In this document: positions 1 to 12,300 of the stretch, one piece after another
Numbering within the stretch: the stretch's first letter is position 1
How the letters are laid out: each line of letters opens with the position of its first letter
Assembly (NCBI GenBank): GCA_038087875.1
Contig: CM075990.1
Location: 5,892,001 to 5,956,000, forward strand
Direction: 5' to 3'
DNA length: 64,000 nt
Source: Malacoraja senta
Taxonomy: Eukaryota
The notes under the pieces: model-generated
Told to the model about the DNA's origin: nothing
Databases searched by the model: none
What the model saw: only the letters and a program-made list of their open reading frames with translations
Made by a program: the position numbers and the translations under genes

Positions 1-592
1 CACTGAGTCACTCCAGCATTTTGTGTCTATCTTCTTTGTAAGTTTTTGATTTTTTACTAGCATGATAGAAAGTAAAATAAAATATAAATTTTCTCAAAAA
101 TCCCTTTGCCCCTTTTAGGAAAGCCTTCTGTTTTCACTCCAAGCATGGAAACCACTGAGCAAGTTACTCCACAGGACCAGTGGGTGTCACAGCTCGTACC
201 TGAGAAGCTTCTTCTTAAAACAGCAGCAAGTAAATCACACCTTACAGACATTCTTTGCACTAGTGATGTTTAAATATTGGGATAGATTTTAGCAATTAAC
301 ACATCTAGATTTGCACATTGGCCAACTAATCAGAAGATCAGCTGCCTGTTTTTGACTAACAAAGATTTCAAGTCAGAATGTTTACTGTTACCTGAATAGT
401 GCCAATTCATAAAAGATCTGTGGATAAATTGATAAATGGAGCTGCAGATCCAGTAGCTATTCTGGATATACTTATGTATTTACAAAAAGGTCTGGTTACT
501 TTTATGTAGACATTGAGAAGTAGATTTTCATCCCGGTAATGGAGAATTATATTGTTTACACTAATCTGTTAATGTGCTAGCCCTTGACAAAG

Positions 593-800
593 TAGCTGGT
601 TTAAACCGAAGATAGACACAAAATGCTGGAGTAACGTTACCCATTCCTTCTCTCAGGAAAGGTACACAAAAATGCTGGAGAAACTCAGCGGGTGCAGCAG
701 CATCTATGGAGCGAAGGAAATAGGCAATGTTTTGGGCCGAAACCCTTCTTCAGGGAATGCTGCCTGTCCCGCTGAGTTACTCCAGCAGTTTGTGTCTGTC
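593..800. mobile_element. Cluster of Penelope-pLTR-derived short repeats in both orientations
   Basis: gatagacacaaaatgctggagtaac, ...gggccgaaacccttcttcag and atgctgcctgtcccgctgagttactccagca motifs. Confidence 0.75.
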
Positions 801-1498
801 TTGCATTTTCAAATTCATCCAACCTTATATTTGCCCTGCATTGGGAGATTTTACTTAATGTGGAATGGAATTTAGACACTCTACATAGGATTATTGGTAC
901 TTTATAATACCACCAAAAGAATTAAAGGCACCTTTTCGAGTCACCATAGTGGTGCCCAGTGTAATACTGCCTCTGGTGTTGTGGAAGTGCCATCAATAAT
1001 GACCGTGGCATAATTTTGTGCTCAGTGCTTCAAGAGGAGCTCGTAAGAAGAAAGATTTAATGTGATGCACATTGAACACTGAACGTATATTATGTACAAC
1101 ATGATTCATGTAACTGGTTAAACTCCTGCAGCAATGGAAAGCAAATGGGATGATCATTGACTCTATTTATTCTGTAGCAGTTTTATTTCCATTTGCTCAT
1201 TGCTGAAGTCAACACTACTAAGCTATCTAATTTCCTGTTACTTTATAATTTCCTTATATGTAGCCACATTTTCTCAAATTCTATTGTTTGAAACTAGAAA
1301 TGAACCATGCAATCTGTTTTTCAACTATTTGCCTGGTCTCATAGATATAGATATGAATACAGCTCCAATTGAAGGCAGCATTATTATTTTCTACCAAATA
1401 AGTAAACAATTTTTTTGTAAAATAGAATTTCACAACCAGATAAAATGTAATTTCCTTTTTAAAGAATCCTACTAACTTTGTTTTGATTCAATCTACAG

Positions 1499-2109
1499 AG
1501 GAGCCATGTCTCGGAGATAAATCAGTTTTCTGTGAGTTGGAGATTTTGGCTCGATACTGTTCCATTCCTGCATATCATAAGTTGTGCTGTGAATCCTGCA
1601 AAAAGAGGAGCCCAACTTCAGCACCTCCTTTTTCTCAGGCAACGTCAGAAACTGAAGATTCTAAGGGCACCATCCATTCCAGTCTCAGTCCACAAATAAT
1701 GGCAAAGCCGACCCTTCACAACCAATATGCGACAGTCAGGGAGATCACTGTGAAGGATGAGATGTTGCCAACGACTCCCACCTTGGGTGCCAACACTGAT
1801 AGTGGTGATGGATTTTCAACCAAGGTTCTCGCTGCAGAGTCCCAAGGAACTACCAAAAGTTTAGGTCGGCTAAATACTTTTGCGAGTACATTCAGGTTGC
1901 CTCCTGCTCAACAGGTAAAACTACATACAGAGGTGGGCGGCTTTGACTCCACAACTCCTCGTCAGTTGTTTATAAATAGTGACAAGACTTTGCCTCGTAC
2001 AACTACCTGGAGTGATAGTTGGAGTTCAACAGATGTAACAAAACAGAGAAGGGATGATGGTGAATCAGAGGAAGACATGGCCAACAGAATCTCGTCCATC
2101 TCAACATAA
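1499..2109 (+). CDS. Terminal coding exon of an ADAMTS2/3/14-subfamily metalloprotease (PLAC domain plus Ser/Thr-rich tail); ADAMTS3 versus ADAMTS14 not resolved
   Basis: [34 protein letters not shown] closely matches the PLAC domain of ADAMTS3/14 ([33 protein letters not shown]). Branch point TACTAAC 1470-1476, acceptor AG 1497-1498 (phase 1), stop TAA 2107-2109. Confidence 0.9.
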
Positions 2110-3514
2110 AATTCCAATTCAACCCACAGCTTTGCATCTAAATGAACACTGGTTTGCATTATTCTCTCATTGTAACCAAGTGGTTCCAATAAATTGCTTG
2201 ACTCTTGCACACTTGAAGGTGCAGCCAGCTTCAGTTTAAGCTGAAAGTAAAGGTGTCCTGGGATCTTGAAGAATTTCATTCTGCACATATTCAAGTTGGC
2301 AACTATTAACCAGATTTTGTAAAAGGTAACAACCCAGTTCAACATCTGCAGATACAAAATTAGTACAAAGGTACAACATTGACATGCATTTAAAACATCC
2401 AATGAACATTTTCATCAACAGATTAGTTCTGATGGCATTCTGGAAACATCTTGCCTGCAAGGAATAATTCTCATAATGCATGACGCAATTTAAAAATTCT
2501 TACAGAGACATTTTCACTACTGTTGTGATAATGAAATGATATATTTACATCCATATTGTATATAATGTAAATGTTAGCATCCTCACAGTTAATGGGTTTA
2601 TACAATGCAAGTAAATAATCGCTGTTAGATTTAGCTGTTGCTTGTACAAATCTGCCTTTGTTGCCGCTTGGCACATCATTCATTACAGAGTACATGTATT
2701 AACATGACTGTTGCTTGTGTATAGTTCCTGTACATAAATGAATTAAGAGCTTTTAATTTTAATATTTATTGAATTGAAAAGAAATTTCAGTTTTGCATTA
2801 TTGAAAGAATATAATAGTGCTGGCCTCCCTGTCTGCTCCTTTGTGTCATCATTGTTTGTATTGAAGGAGGAGGCTAAAGCAGTGTAATATAATTTATGGA
2901 GCAACTGGATATTCCCAATACCAAATGTTTTTCCATATTACTGTCAATGCATTCTCAGTCGAAGAAGTAGAAGTGATTTTTTTTAAAGTCTCCACTCAAA
3001 GTTTTAGAGGTTTTAAAGTTGCTGTATGTAAAATCTTATACATTCTTGTATATGATCAAAACATTTAACCAATTATTGTGCAATGGCTGAACAAAACTGT
3101 GAAAGCATTAGTCTATCATGAGCTTTTGAACAGTGTTTAAACTTCACAAATATTTTGTGACCTCAAGGAAACATTTTTTTTGGAACTGCTTTGATGAAAA
3201 CCAAACTAAACTACAAACTGAAATGTATGTAAACCCCATAGATGTGGTGCTGTGCATGACTGACAACCTACCCATAATTGTTTCAGTATAAATGCAATTC
3301 ATTGGGTTAGAAATATCTTTTTGCAACAGTGTTTTCTTCAGAAAGCAGTTGAGAACCGTTAAAAGAAACTCGGCACTTTGTATAATGATTAAATCACAAT
3401 TATATTGTTCAACATTGTATTGGCTAGCAACTAACACAAAATAGACATCAACTTTAGCTTCTCTGCGTGCTCAAATCACTGTTTAGTTGACTGATAGATT
3501 GTGCTAAAATTGGT

Positions 3515-3520
3515 AATAAA
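3515..3520 (+). promoter_or_regulatory. Candidate polyadenylation signal of the ADAMTS gene
   Basis: AATAAA closing a ~1.4 kb AT-rich, repeat-free 3'UTR-like stretch, followed by T/GT-rich sequence. A proximal AATAAA also lies at 2188-2193. Confidence 0.5.
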
Positions 3521-3838
3521 TGCTATTTCAATATCTTTGTTGGTCAACGGTTTTATTGTAAATGCTGTCTTCTATCTATAACGTGCCAGTTGAATTATCA
3601 CATAATAGCTTATGTTCCTCCCATCCATTTCCATTGATTACAGATATTACTGATAAAGAATGTAGGCTGTAATGTTTGATATTTCTGATCATTGCAAAAT
3701 ATGTTCACTTCTGGTAAAATTCTAATAATTTGCTATCAGTTTGTTCCGAAATCTAGATGGTTCAGCAACTGACTCTCTACACCCTGATTCCTATGTTCCC
3801 TTTAGCACCTAGCAATCACACTTTCTGTGCTCCCTTAA

Positions 3839-4379
3839 AGGGGCTGTCCCACTGCGGCGACCTAATCCGCGAGTTCTGGCGAGTTTGCCCTCGACTCATA
3901 CTTGCAGCATGGTCGACACAAGGTCGTAGGAGGTGTATGTAACTCTCCTTCATGCCCGAGAGTGGTCCCTGCGTACTCGAGGTCTCAGCTAGGTCGGGGT
4001 GTATTATTCAACATGTTGAAAAATGCCCGAGAGTAAAAAAAGGTCGCCATGGAAAAAATCGATACTTTTTTTACTCGTAGGTTTAGTCATAGTAGGTCGT
4101 CATGTTATTCGTAGGCAATCGAGGGTAGTCGAAGGTAATTGAAGGTAGTCGTAGATAGTCTTCATCATAGTCGAAAGGAGGTCGAAGGAGGTCGTCTTCA
4201 CTCTCCACTATTCAGTGTCCAATTTTCCCGAAGTTAGTCGAAGCTAGTCTTCAACGTAGTCGAAGGGGAACGAAGGAGGTCTTCTACATGGTCGAAGGAG
4301 GTCTTCAACATGTCATTTTTTCAAACTCCAAAAACTCTTCTAAACTCGCCAATTAGGTCACCCAAGTGGGACAGCCCCT
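3839..4379. mobile_element. Kolobok/T2-type MITE
   Basis: TTAA on both sides (3835-3838, 4380-4383); ~28-bp imperfect TIR AGGGGCTGTCCCACT..G..GACCTAAT; internal GTCGAAG/GTCGTAG short repeats. Confidence 0.8.
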
Positions 4380-4889
4380 TTAAACTCCCCAGTTCCCATG
4401 ATCTTTTTAGTATTGGTATTGGTTTATTATTAACATCACCTGTACTGAGATACAGTGAAAAACTTTTGAGTGTGTGGTATCCATTTAAATCAGATAATAC
4501 TATCCACAATACAATCGAGCTGTACACAGGCACAACAGGCAGAACAAAGAGAAAAATACCAGTGCAGAATGTTGTTTTCAGCATAGATTTCAAGTCATCG
4601 TGGTGCATATCCCTCTTCTTCCTTGAAACTCACCATACCATGTTTCCCACATTCCCTGTAAACTTATGGGATGAGATGGAAAATGTCCCAATATTGTGAA
4701 ATATCTAAAATAAAAGTGAATTAAACGTTTATTTGAATAGTAATTGATGAAAGCATCTGTAGTCCAGAAAATCCGCCAACCCAGCACCAGTATCGTACCG
4801 ATTGTGCCAGTTTAACATAATTTTACTGTATAATCAATATTTTGTTAGCCACTAGGTTTTGATACATTTAGCAATCATTAGTGGCGTTC

Positions 4890-5345
4890 AGTTTCATCTA
4901 ATCTAAAGATAGGAGTTTTTAAAACATAATCCTAATAACAGTCTGAACAAGGGTTTCGACCCGAAACGTCACCCATTCCTTCTCTCCAGAGATGCTGCCT
5001 GTCCCGCTGAGTTACTCCAGCTTTTTGGATCTATTCTGTTTTTCATTCTGTTTTAACACATGGTCCATTGATAAATAAGATGGCCCAATGTCAGAATTCA
5101 AGCTATGATGAACCTCCTGATCTGACCCAGTGATTCTTGTCCCATTTTGAATTTAGTTGAATGTGACAACCTTAATTCTGATGGTCTTACCAAATTTTGT
5201 TGGCATCAGTTGCCAGATTCTTCATAGCTTGCATTCTGACATTGGGCCATCATATTTATCAATGGACCATGTGTTAACACAGAATGGAAAAAATCGGATT
5301 ATGTTTTTTAAATTCTAACTTGTAAGATGTAACTAGATGAATTCT
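4890..5345. repeat. Long inverted repeat (foldback/MITE-like) interrupted by a pLTR repeat
   Basis: 5042-5112 is the near reverse complement of 5219-5290; the match resumes at aaaacataatcc (4921-4932) versus ggattatgtttt (~5296). Confidence 0.75.
4939..5033 (+). mobile_element. Penelope-pLTR-derived short repeat
   Basis: cagtctgaacaagggtttcgacccgaaacgtcacccattcc...ctgagttactccagc. Confidence 0.8.
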
Positions 5346-5544
5346 CAATAGGCTTGAACCTTACTCAACTGGATGAAGCGCATCAGATATTCCCAGGCTG
5401 GGTCCTACCTGTTGGGAGAAAGAAAATCATAAATTTTATTTCACAAATGTTCAACTTATACTTTAGAAGTTTCTAGATGGCACCTCACTGTAAAAGCAAA
5501 TTAACTATATCAAATCTAGAGAGGGAGAAACACCTATCTTTAGA

Positions 5545-6270
5545 TTGTCTGCAGTTTAGGTCTCCTAATTTGAGGAAGGACATTCTTTTTATTGAGGGAG
5601 TACAGCGTAGGTTCACCAGGTTAATTCCCGGGATGATGGATCTGACATATGATGAAAGAATGGATCGACTGGGCTCATATTCACTAAGAAGGATGAGATG
5701 GGATCTTGTAGAAACATATACAATTCTTAAGGGATTGGACAGGATGCAGGAAAAATGTTCCTGATATTGGGGGAGTCCAGAACGAGGATTCACAGTTTAA
5801 GAATAAGTAGTAGGCTATTTAGGACTGAGATGATGAAAAACGTTTTCACCCAGAGAGTTGTGAATCTACAATATACAAGATACAAGATACATTTATTTGT
5901 CACATGTGCCAGTTGGCACAGTGAAATGTAATCACCATACAGCCATACAGTAAAAATAAAGAACACAACATAGAGTTGATAGAATTCAACATACAACGTT
6001 CCCACACAGCAGAATCAAAGTTTCCCACTGCGAGGGAAGGCAATCTGTGGAATTCACTGCCACAGAAGGCAGTGGAGGCCAATTCACTGGATTTTTTCAA
6101 GAGAGAGTTAGATTTAACTCTTGGGGCTAACGGAATTAAGGGATCTGGGGGGTGGGGGGGGTGGAAAGCAGGAACGGGGTACTGATTTTGGATGATCAGC
6201 CATGATCATATTGAATGGCGGTGCTGGCTCGAAGGGCTGAATGGCCTACTCCACCTATTTTCTGTTTCTA
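5545..6270 (+). mobile_element. CR1 (HER1-like) LINE 3' fragment with a nested reverse-oriented LINE tail at ~5868-6041
   Basis: IEGVQRRFTRLIPGM...RRMRWDLVETYTILKGLDR; typical CR1 3' end gatcagccatgatcatattgaatggcgg. Confidence 0.85.
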
Positions 6271-6559
6271 TGTGAAATGCCCATTAATGCCTCAATAGGA
6301 CTGGGTCCATTCACTCCTTCCCCTAGCACATTGCAAACTGTAGTGCTCTCAATCTTCTCCCCGTTCCAAGGAAGGGATCCTGACCCGAAATGTTAACTGT
6401 TTTCTTTTTCCACAGATACTGCTTGAGAGGCTGATTTCTTCCAGGTGGTTCTGTTTTATTTTACCTCGATTACTAAAACTGGCCAAGATGTCAATGCCCT
6501 TTTTCTCTTCTCAGGGAGCTTGTCAATTTTAAAAGGATGCATTTTGACTGGCAGCTCCC

Positions 6560-7013
6560 TTGGCACCTACATCGGTGAGACCAAGCACAGGCTTGGCCAT
6601 CACTTCGCCCAACATCTCCGCACTGTTCGCATTAACTAACCTGATCTCCCGGTGGCTCAGCACTTCAACTCCCCCTCCCATTCCCAATCCGACCTTTCTG
6701 TCCTGGGCCTCCTCCATGGCCAGAGTGAGTCCCACCGCAAATTGGATGTGCAGCATCTCATATTTCGCTTGGGTAGTTTACACCCCAGCGGTTTGAACAT
6801 TGACTTCTCCAATTTCAGGTAGTCCTTGCCTTCTCCCTCCTTCCCCTCCCATTCCCAGCTCTCCCACAGCCCACTGTCTCCACCTCTTCCTTTCTTCTTC
6901 CCCCACCCCCACATCAGTCTGAAGAAGGGTCTCAACCCGAAACGTCACCTATTCCTTCGCTCCATAGATGCTGCCTCACCCGCTGAGTTTCCCCAGCATT
7001 TTTGTCTACCTTC
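6560..7013 (+). mobile_element. Penelope-like retroelement 3' fragment (GIY-YIG endonuclease remnant plus pLTR with hammerhead motif)
   Basis: YIGETKHRLGHHFAQHL..., then VAQHFNS and HLIFRLG-like sequence; ends in CTGAAGAAGGGTCTCAACCCGAAACGTC (6919-6946). Confidence 0.85.
6919..6946 (+). ncRNA. Minimal hammerhead ribozyme-like motif
   Basis: CUGAAGA, extra A, stem GGGU/ACCC, GAAA, palindromic ACGU helix III, GUC triplet; helix I only ~2 bp. Confidence 0.6.
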
Positions 7014-7604
7014 AATTAAGTGATATATAATTTCAACAGGAAAACAACTCTCAGAGGATTTGACTGCTTAAGATGTCATTTCTGCGGACAATTCTCCCCT
7101 TATTTGAAAAGGTGATGCTCCAATGATTGGATTGACAGTTTTTTGCGCAACAGGAAACGGATACATCATTTATACGTGGAAAATTCATCACTCCCCGAAT
7201 TTGTGCCAAAAATGGCCCACTTACAATTGATTCTGATGCGCATCATACATAATTTGGACGGCAGGCATTGAAAATTAAAGTTGGTGCTCATAATTGCTGG
7301 TTAAAATTGGTGCTCATAACCTCATTTGAACAAGGCCAGTTTGCATGATTTGTTCTTATCTTTGTTTGCATTGAGTTGGAAGAAAGATTGTGATATTTTT
7401 CACAATGGATTCCTGCTGCAAAGTCATTTATGTGGCCTTTGGCACTCCCTGAAACAAGCCTGGCACTTTTCTGGGCCTTAAAGTACTGGGAAATATATGC
7501 TCTAGGCTGGAAAGTTTGAGCTGTTAAATGACACTAGCAAGGTCACAATGACAGTAAAGTTAAATTTGAGGTTAATCAAAAGGAGAAAACAGCAGGAAGG
7601 TAGA

Positions 7605-7738
7605 TATGTAGAAAGGAACTGCTGATACTGGCACATACCGAAGATTGACAAAGTGCTGGAGTAACTCAGCGGGTCAAGCAACATCTCTGGAGAAAAGGTA
7701 TGGGTGATGTTTTGGGTTGGGACCCTTCTTCATACTGA
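7605..7738 (-). mobile_element. Penelope-pLTR-derived short repeat
   Basis: aaggaactgctgat...gctggagtaactcagcggg...gacccttcttca. Confidence 0.75.
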
Positions 7739-8409
7739 ACAGGAAGGTAGATGTTGTGGTTTTAGAGTTGGCATAAATTAAAGCGTTAGGGAATGGGATT
7801 ACAGAGGATTTAAAACAAGGGCTGATAATGACTTAAAGATTACAGTAGTTGGAATGTAGAGGTCGGTTGAGAATGCATCAGAATATTTTAATGCAGAAGG
7901 ACTATAAAAATCTATGAGGGTTTGGAGGTGGATGTAAGCAGTCTTTAGTTATCAGCTCAGGTAGTGGTTGGAACCTACCCAACGGCATCAACTATCATCC
8001 AGGAGAAAATAATTGTATGATTGGTATTTCTTTGACTCTTCCATCACTGGTACACTGTAGTTATTGTTTTATTTCTAAAATGTAGTGTAGCAAGTCACCA
8101 AGGCAACTAAGTCCGCATCCCCAAATATAACCTCCACGATTTAGAAGGACAAGGGCAGCAAGGTCTTTGGAAGTTCTCCAGGTTTCCATGCAAGTCACTC
8201 CCTACAAAAGAGGGTTGTTGGACTACCACCACCATACAGACTAGCAGTTAAAGCTGGCCCGCTAGCCAGTACTGTTTCAATATCAACCAAAGATTAGTAA
8301 AAATAAATCCCTTACGAGTGAGGTTTTGTCCTGAATAAATAAAATAATGCTTTACAGAGACCAAAAAAAGAGTTGACAGATAGTCAACAAGCAATTAATT
8401 CTAATAGAC

Positions 8410-8570
8410 AATAGATGCAAGAGTAGGCCATTTGGCCCTTCGAGCCAGCACCGCCATTCAATGTGATCATGGCTGATCATCCCCAATCAGTACCCCGTTC
8501 CTGCCTTCTCCCCATATCCCCTGACTCTGCTATTTTTAAGAGCCCTATCTAGCTCTCTCTTGAAAGCTAG
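8410..8570 (-). mobile_element. CR1 LINE 3' end
   Basis: gagtaggccatt..cccttcgagccagcaccgccattcaatgtgatcatggctgatc. Confidence 0.8.
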
Positions 8571-9208
8571 AGGCTGTGAACAATCAGTCGATTTTCATCA
8601 CGTTGAAAGCCATCAGTAATGTTACCTTCCAGGGAATTTGGTATCACGATATTGTTTGCAATGTCTTGTTATATTAAATCTCAGTCAATATCGTTTTAAA
8701 AATCCATAATATTTTTAATATAGTTCAGCAAATAAAATTAAAAATACAAATACTATAAATTCGTACAATTTACCAATAAATCTTTCAAGTAATCAGAAAT
8801 AAGTTAACATTAGAATAAAAAACAGCAGCAAATCACATCACCATTCCGAGATTTGTATCAGTTCTCAGTTTTCTGTAAGTTGTCAGAAGCTGCTTCCCTT
8901 GCATTTTCAGTGCTACTTCTGACATCTTAACAGCGTTACTGAAACAGTCTGATATTTTGGATGTGCTGTGGAATGGATGTGCGGACCGTATTCTCGAATG
9001 AGTCTCACAAAGTATATTCTTCCTCACTTTGCAAGTGTGCACTTGAAATACTTTGGGGAAACAATATATAAACAATGTCTTTAGTATCCAATGTCAAAAC
9101 TGTGATTCGATGCTGTGCCGTTGATTTGTTGCAACACATCAGCAACTAATCAGCCGTAAGGTGCTTTCTAGTGACCAGTTATATTTGTATTGCTTGTGTT
9201 CCTCAAGT

Positions 9209-9319
9209 TCAACTGGATGTGGAGAACGAACTGACGGAGAGTTGCGACCGTAAATGTTCTGCAAAATCCACCTGAGCCTGTGACAGAGCTTGATTGATGA
9301 GGGTTTTCGGCAACCAACC
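9209..9319 (-). CDS. star: StAR-like exon 7 (terminal)
   Basis: [39 protein letters not shown]; acceptor ctttttacag. Confidence 0.92.
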   Translation of the reverse strand, partial: GWLPKTLINQALSQAQVDFAEHLRSQLSVSSFSTSS

Positions 9320-12300
9320 CTGTAAAAAGACAAGATTCAGATTGAGGAAGGAGTTCAGGCTTTACATCAAGTATGTGAAAACAGCCATGTTGACTTAATA
9401 GTAGCAAAAAGAGTTTTTATTTTAATTTATAACAGTTGTAAAATAAATGAAGTAGACTTGCATGAGATATATGCCTGTCGCACCGGCCGGTCAGCTTAAG
9501 CAGGCTCTGCAAGCTTTTATGCTCCGTAGGAGCCTCCTGCCTTTCCAAATCAAATTCTAACCATTTTCCTCCACATGTGCTTGTTCAGCCTTTTATATGC
9601 ATCTATACTATTTGCCTCAACTCCCTGTGGTAATGAGTTCCACATTGAGCACTATACAGTGTTGTTAAATTGATTGTTACATGCCAAATTGATTGGGAAG
9701 ATCCTAAAGGCTTTAGACCAGGTTGAGTTGATCTCAGATTTATAACTGGTGTCTGTCCTTTGCCTTGGATCACTGTAAATTGTGTAAAGTTGTGCTCTAG
9801 TTCTGTATTCAGTGACCACAGCAATATGGGAGTTGCATGTGGCTTAGATAGTCAAATACACAGCATAGAAACAGTCCCTTCGGCCCAACGTCCATGCTAA
9901 CCATCAAGCATTAATTCTATTTTAATCTCCCCATATTCCCATTAACTCCTCCTAAATTTGACCACTCACCTAAACACAAAGGGTAATGTACAAAGGCCTT
10001 TTATCCTACTGAGATGTAGGAGGAAACTGGATCACATGGTAAAAACCCATATGGTGACAGGGAAAATGTGCAAACTCCACACAGACAGCACTGGAGGTCA
10101 GGACCAGACCTTGCTGCTGCAGCTGTGAGGCAGGAGCTTTTCTAGCTGTGACTGAGACTGAGACTGCCACGGAGTATTAACACTGGGTGAAATATTTTAA
10201 CAATTTAAATTGTGTAGCACTTTATTCAACTGTTGGCTGATTGAAAAATTGCAAATACATTTCCTCCAACTTTCCACCAAGCTGATTGCAATGCCCGGTC
10301 CGTGTGGTGTTTTTTTTTTTTTTAATTCAGCCTTTTAAATTATATCGAAAGATTAAAAGCCTGGGTGAGTGACAATAGCAATGCTATTACTGCTGGCAGC
10401 AGAAGCAATGAGAGGCAAACGCAGAGATAGAAACACGGAGAACCATAAACCAACCTTGAGGTCCATGCTGAGAAGCCACGTAATCTGAGTCTTTTTCTTG
10501 TCATTGCACGCAGGATGTAATATTATACAGGATGGTCCAGTTTCAGCTCTGTTGTAAGAAAACATATCTTAGAAATCCTTCTTTTCAACATGTTGAAATA
10601 GAGCTTGTGAATAACAACTTTCTACAATAGGTCTGTACCTTACGAAGCCTTTCTGCGGTGGCATCATCTTGGATTCTGTTGCAATTCCAGCCAAGTAACG
10701 ACATGATCCTTCTTTCCAGCAGTGTCTTACACTCACAAAGTCTCTCTGCCCGATGATGTTTCCAGCTGTCTCTCCCATGATTTCATGAGTTACTATGGTT
10801 GTGTTACCAATTTTTTGGAGAACCTAAAAAATTTACATTAAGAAGCATCCGTTAAAATAATTTGTCCAGGTAAGCAATGCTAAATGCTAAATGATTTTGA
10901 TTGCATAAACAGGAAAAAAAATACAATTAACTTACTTGTATGCGTCTTACACTTGGATTCCATGTGCTTATTTGATCTACTTTTTCATGAAGTTCGGAGT
11001 ACACATGATCCACAGTTGCATCCAATACTGCTTCCAATTTAAAGACCTTCCCAGTTCCAGGTAGAACTTTGCTTACGACGTTATCACCATTCCCCTGCAA
11101 ATAAAAAATGTAACCGTTTATTAATAGTCCTCATTCACAATTTCTTCCCCTTCAACCTCTCAACAACTGCAGTGTTTTGTATTTATTTATATTCTATTGA
11201 ATCTACTATTCTTCTTCATGGAGCCAGTGTCGAACCTACTATTCATTGACGTTACTTAAATTAGCAAATAAATCAGACCTGACCTCATCTGACATTTTCG
11301 CACTTGAATTCATACAGCAAGAAAACAGAGTAATTCCAAGTGGCTTTTATCCATCATAGGACCAGTTTTATAAACAATTCCAATTGCCACAATAAGACAA
11401 AGTGTTGAACCTGGCTCCTTTTTAAACAGTGCTTAATAACTAAAGATAGTTTCAACCTTAGAATGGTATTTGTACTTCATTTTCCAAGGACTTAAATTAG
11501 AATGTGCTTTTGCACACTAGTTATTTGAACACTAAGATGAAGCAACATGGTCTGCCTAGAATTTCCTTGGAGACTTGGACAAGGTGGCACATTGGTAGAT
11601 TTGCTGCCTTACAGCGCTGGAGACCACGATTCAATCCTGACTACAAGTGCTGTCCGTACGGAGTTTGTACGTTTTCTCTGTGACCACATGGGTTTTCTCT
11701 GGGTTCTCCCGTTTCCTGCCACATATCCTCCTTGTATGTAGGATGGTGCTAGTGTACGGCACAGACTCGGTGGGCTGAAGGGCCTGTTTCTGCGATGTAC
11801 TGTATCTCTAAACTAAACTAAACATTCGGCAACTTATTTTAATATACAACTGATTCAGTTACTCTGGTGGTGTCAATAACTTTTAATATTAATTTCTGAA
11901 AATCCATCAATTGGAAGAAAATTACCATTTTGATTTCTGTTGCCCATCCAGCATCCTGTTGTAAAATATCCCGAGCTTGTTGCAAAGCATCTTCCCCTTG
12001 TTTAATGTAGAATAATTCATCTGTGTTCAAAGTGCTATTTATTTTCAGCTTTTCGTCTTCTGCCCTGAAAGCTGTAATAAAACAAAATATTGTAAGAAAA
12101 TGTGAATTTGCATGCTTTATTAATTCACTGCCCTTTCCCTTTCACTTTCATTAAGTAATGGCTAATATGAGAAACATTTCTTGAGTAGCTGTCGATAGAC
12201 ACAAGGTGCTGGTGTAACTCAACGGGTCAGGCAACATCTCTGGAGAAAAAGGATGGGTAGTGTTTTGGGTCGGGACCATTCTTCAGGCCAATTTCACACA

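Noticed and set aside
1499..2109. Definite ADAMTS3 assignment
   Set aside because: The PLAC domain alone does not separate ADAMTS3 from non-mammalian ADAMTS14; upstream exons and synteny are needed.
4040..4310. CRISPR-like or structured tandem array (GTCGAAGG repeats)
   Set aside because: Short irregular microrepeats inside a MITE in a vertebrate genome; no repeat-spacer periodicity.
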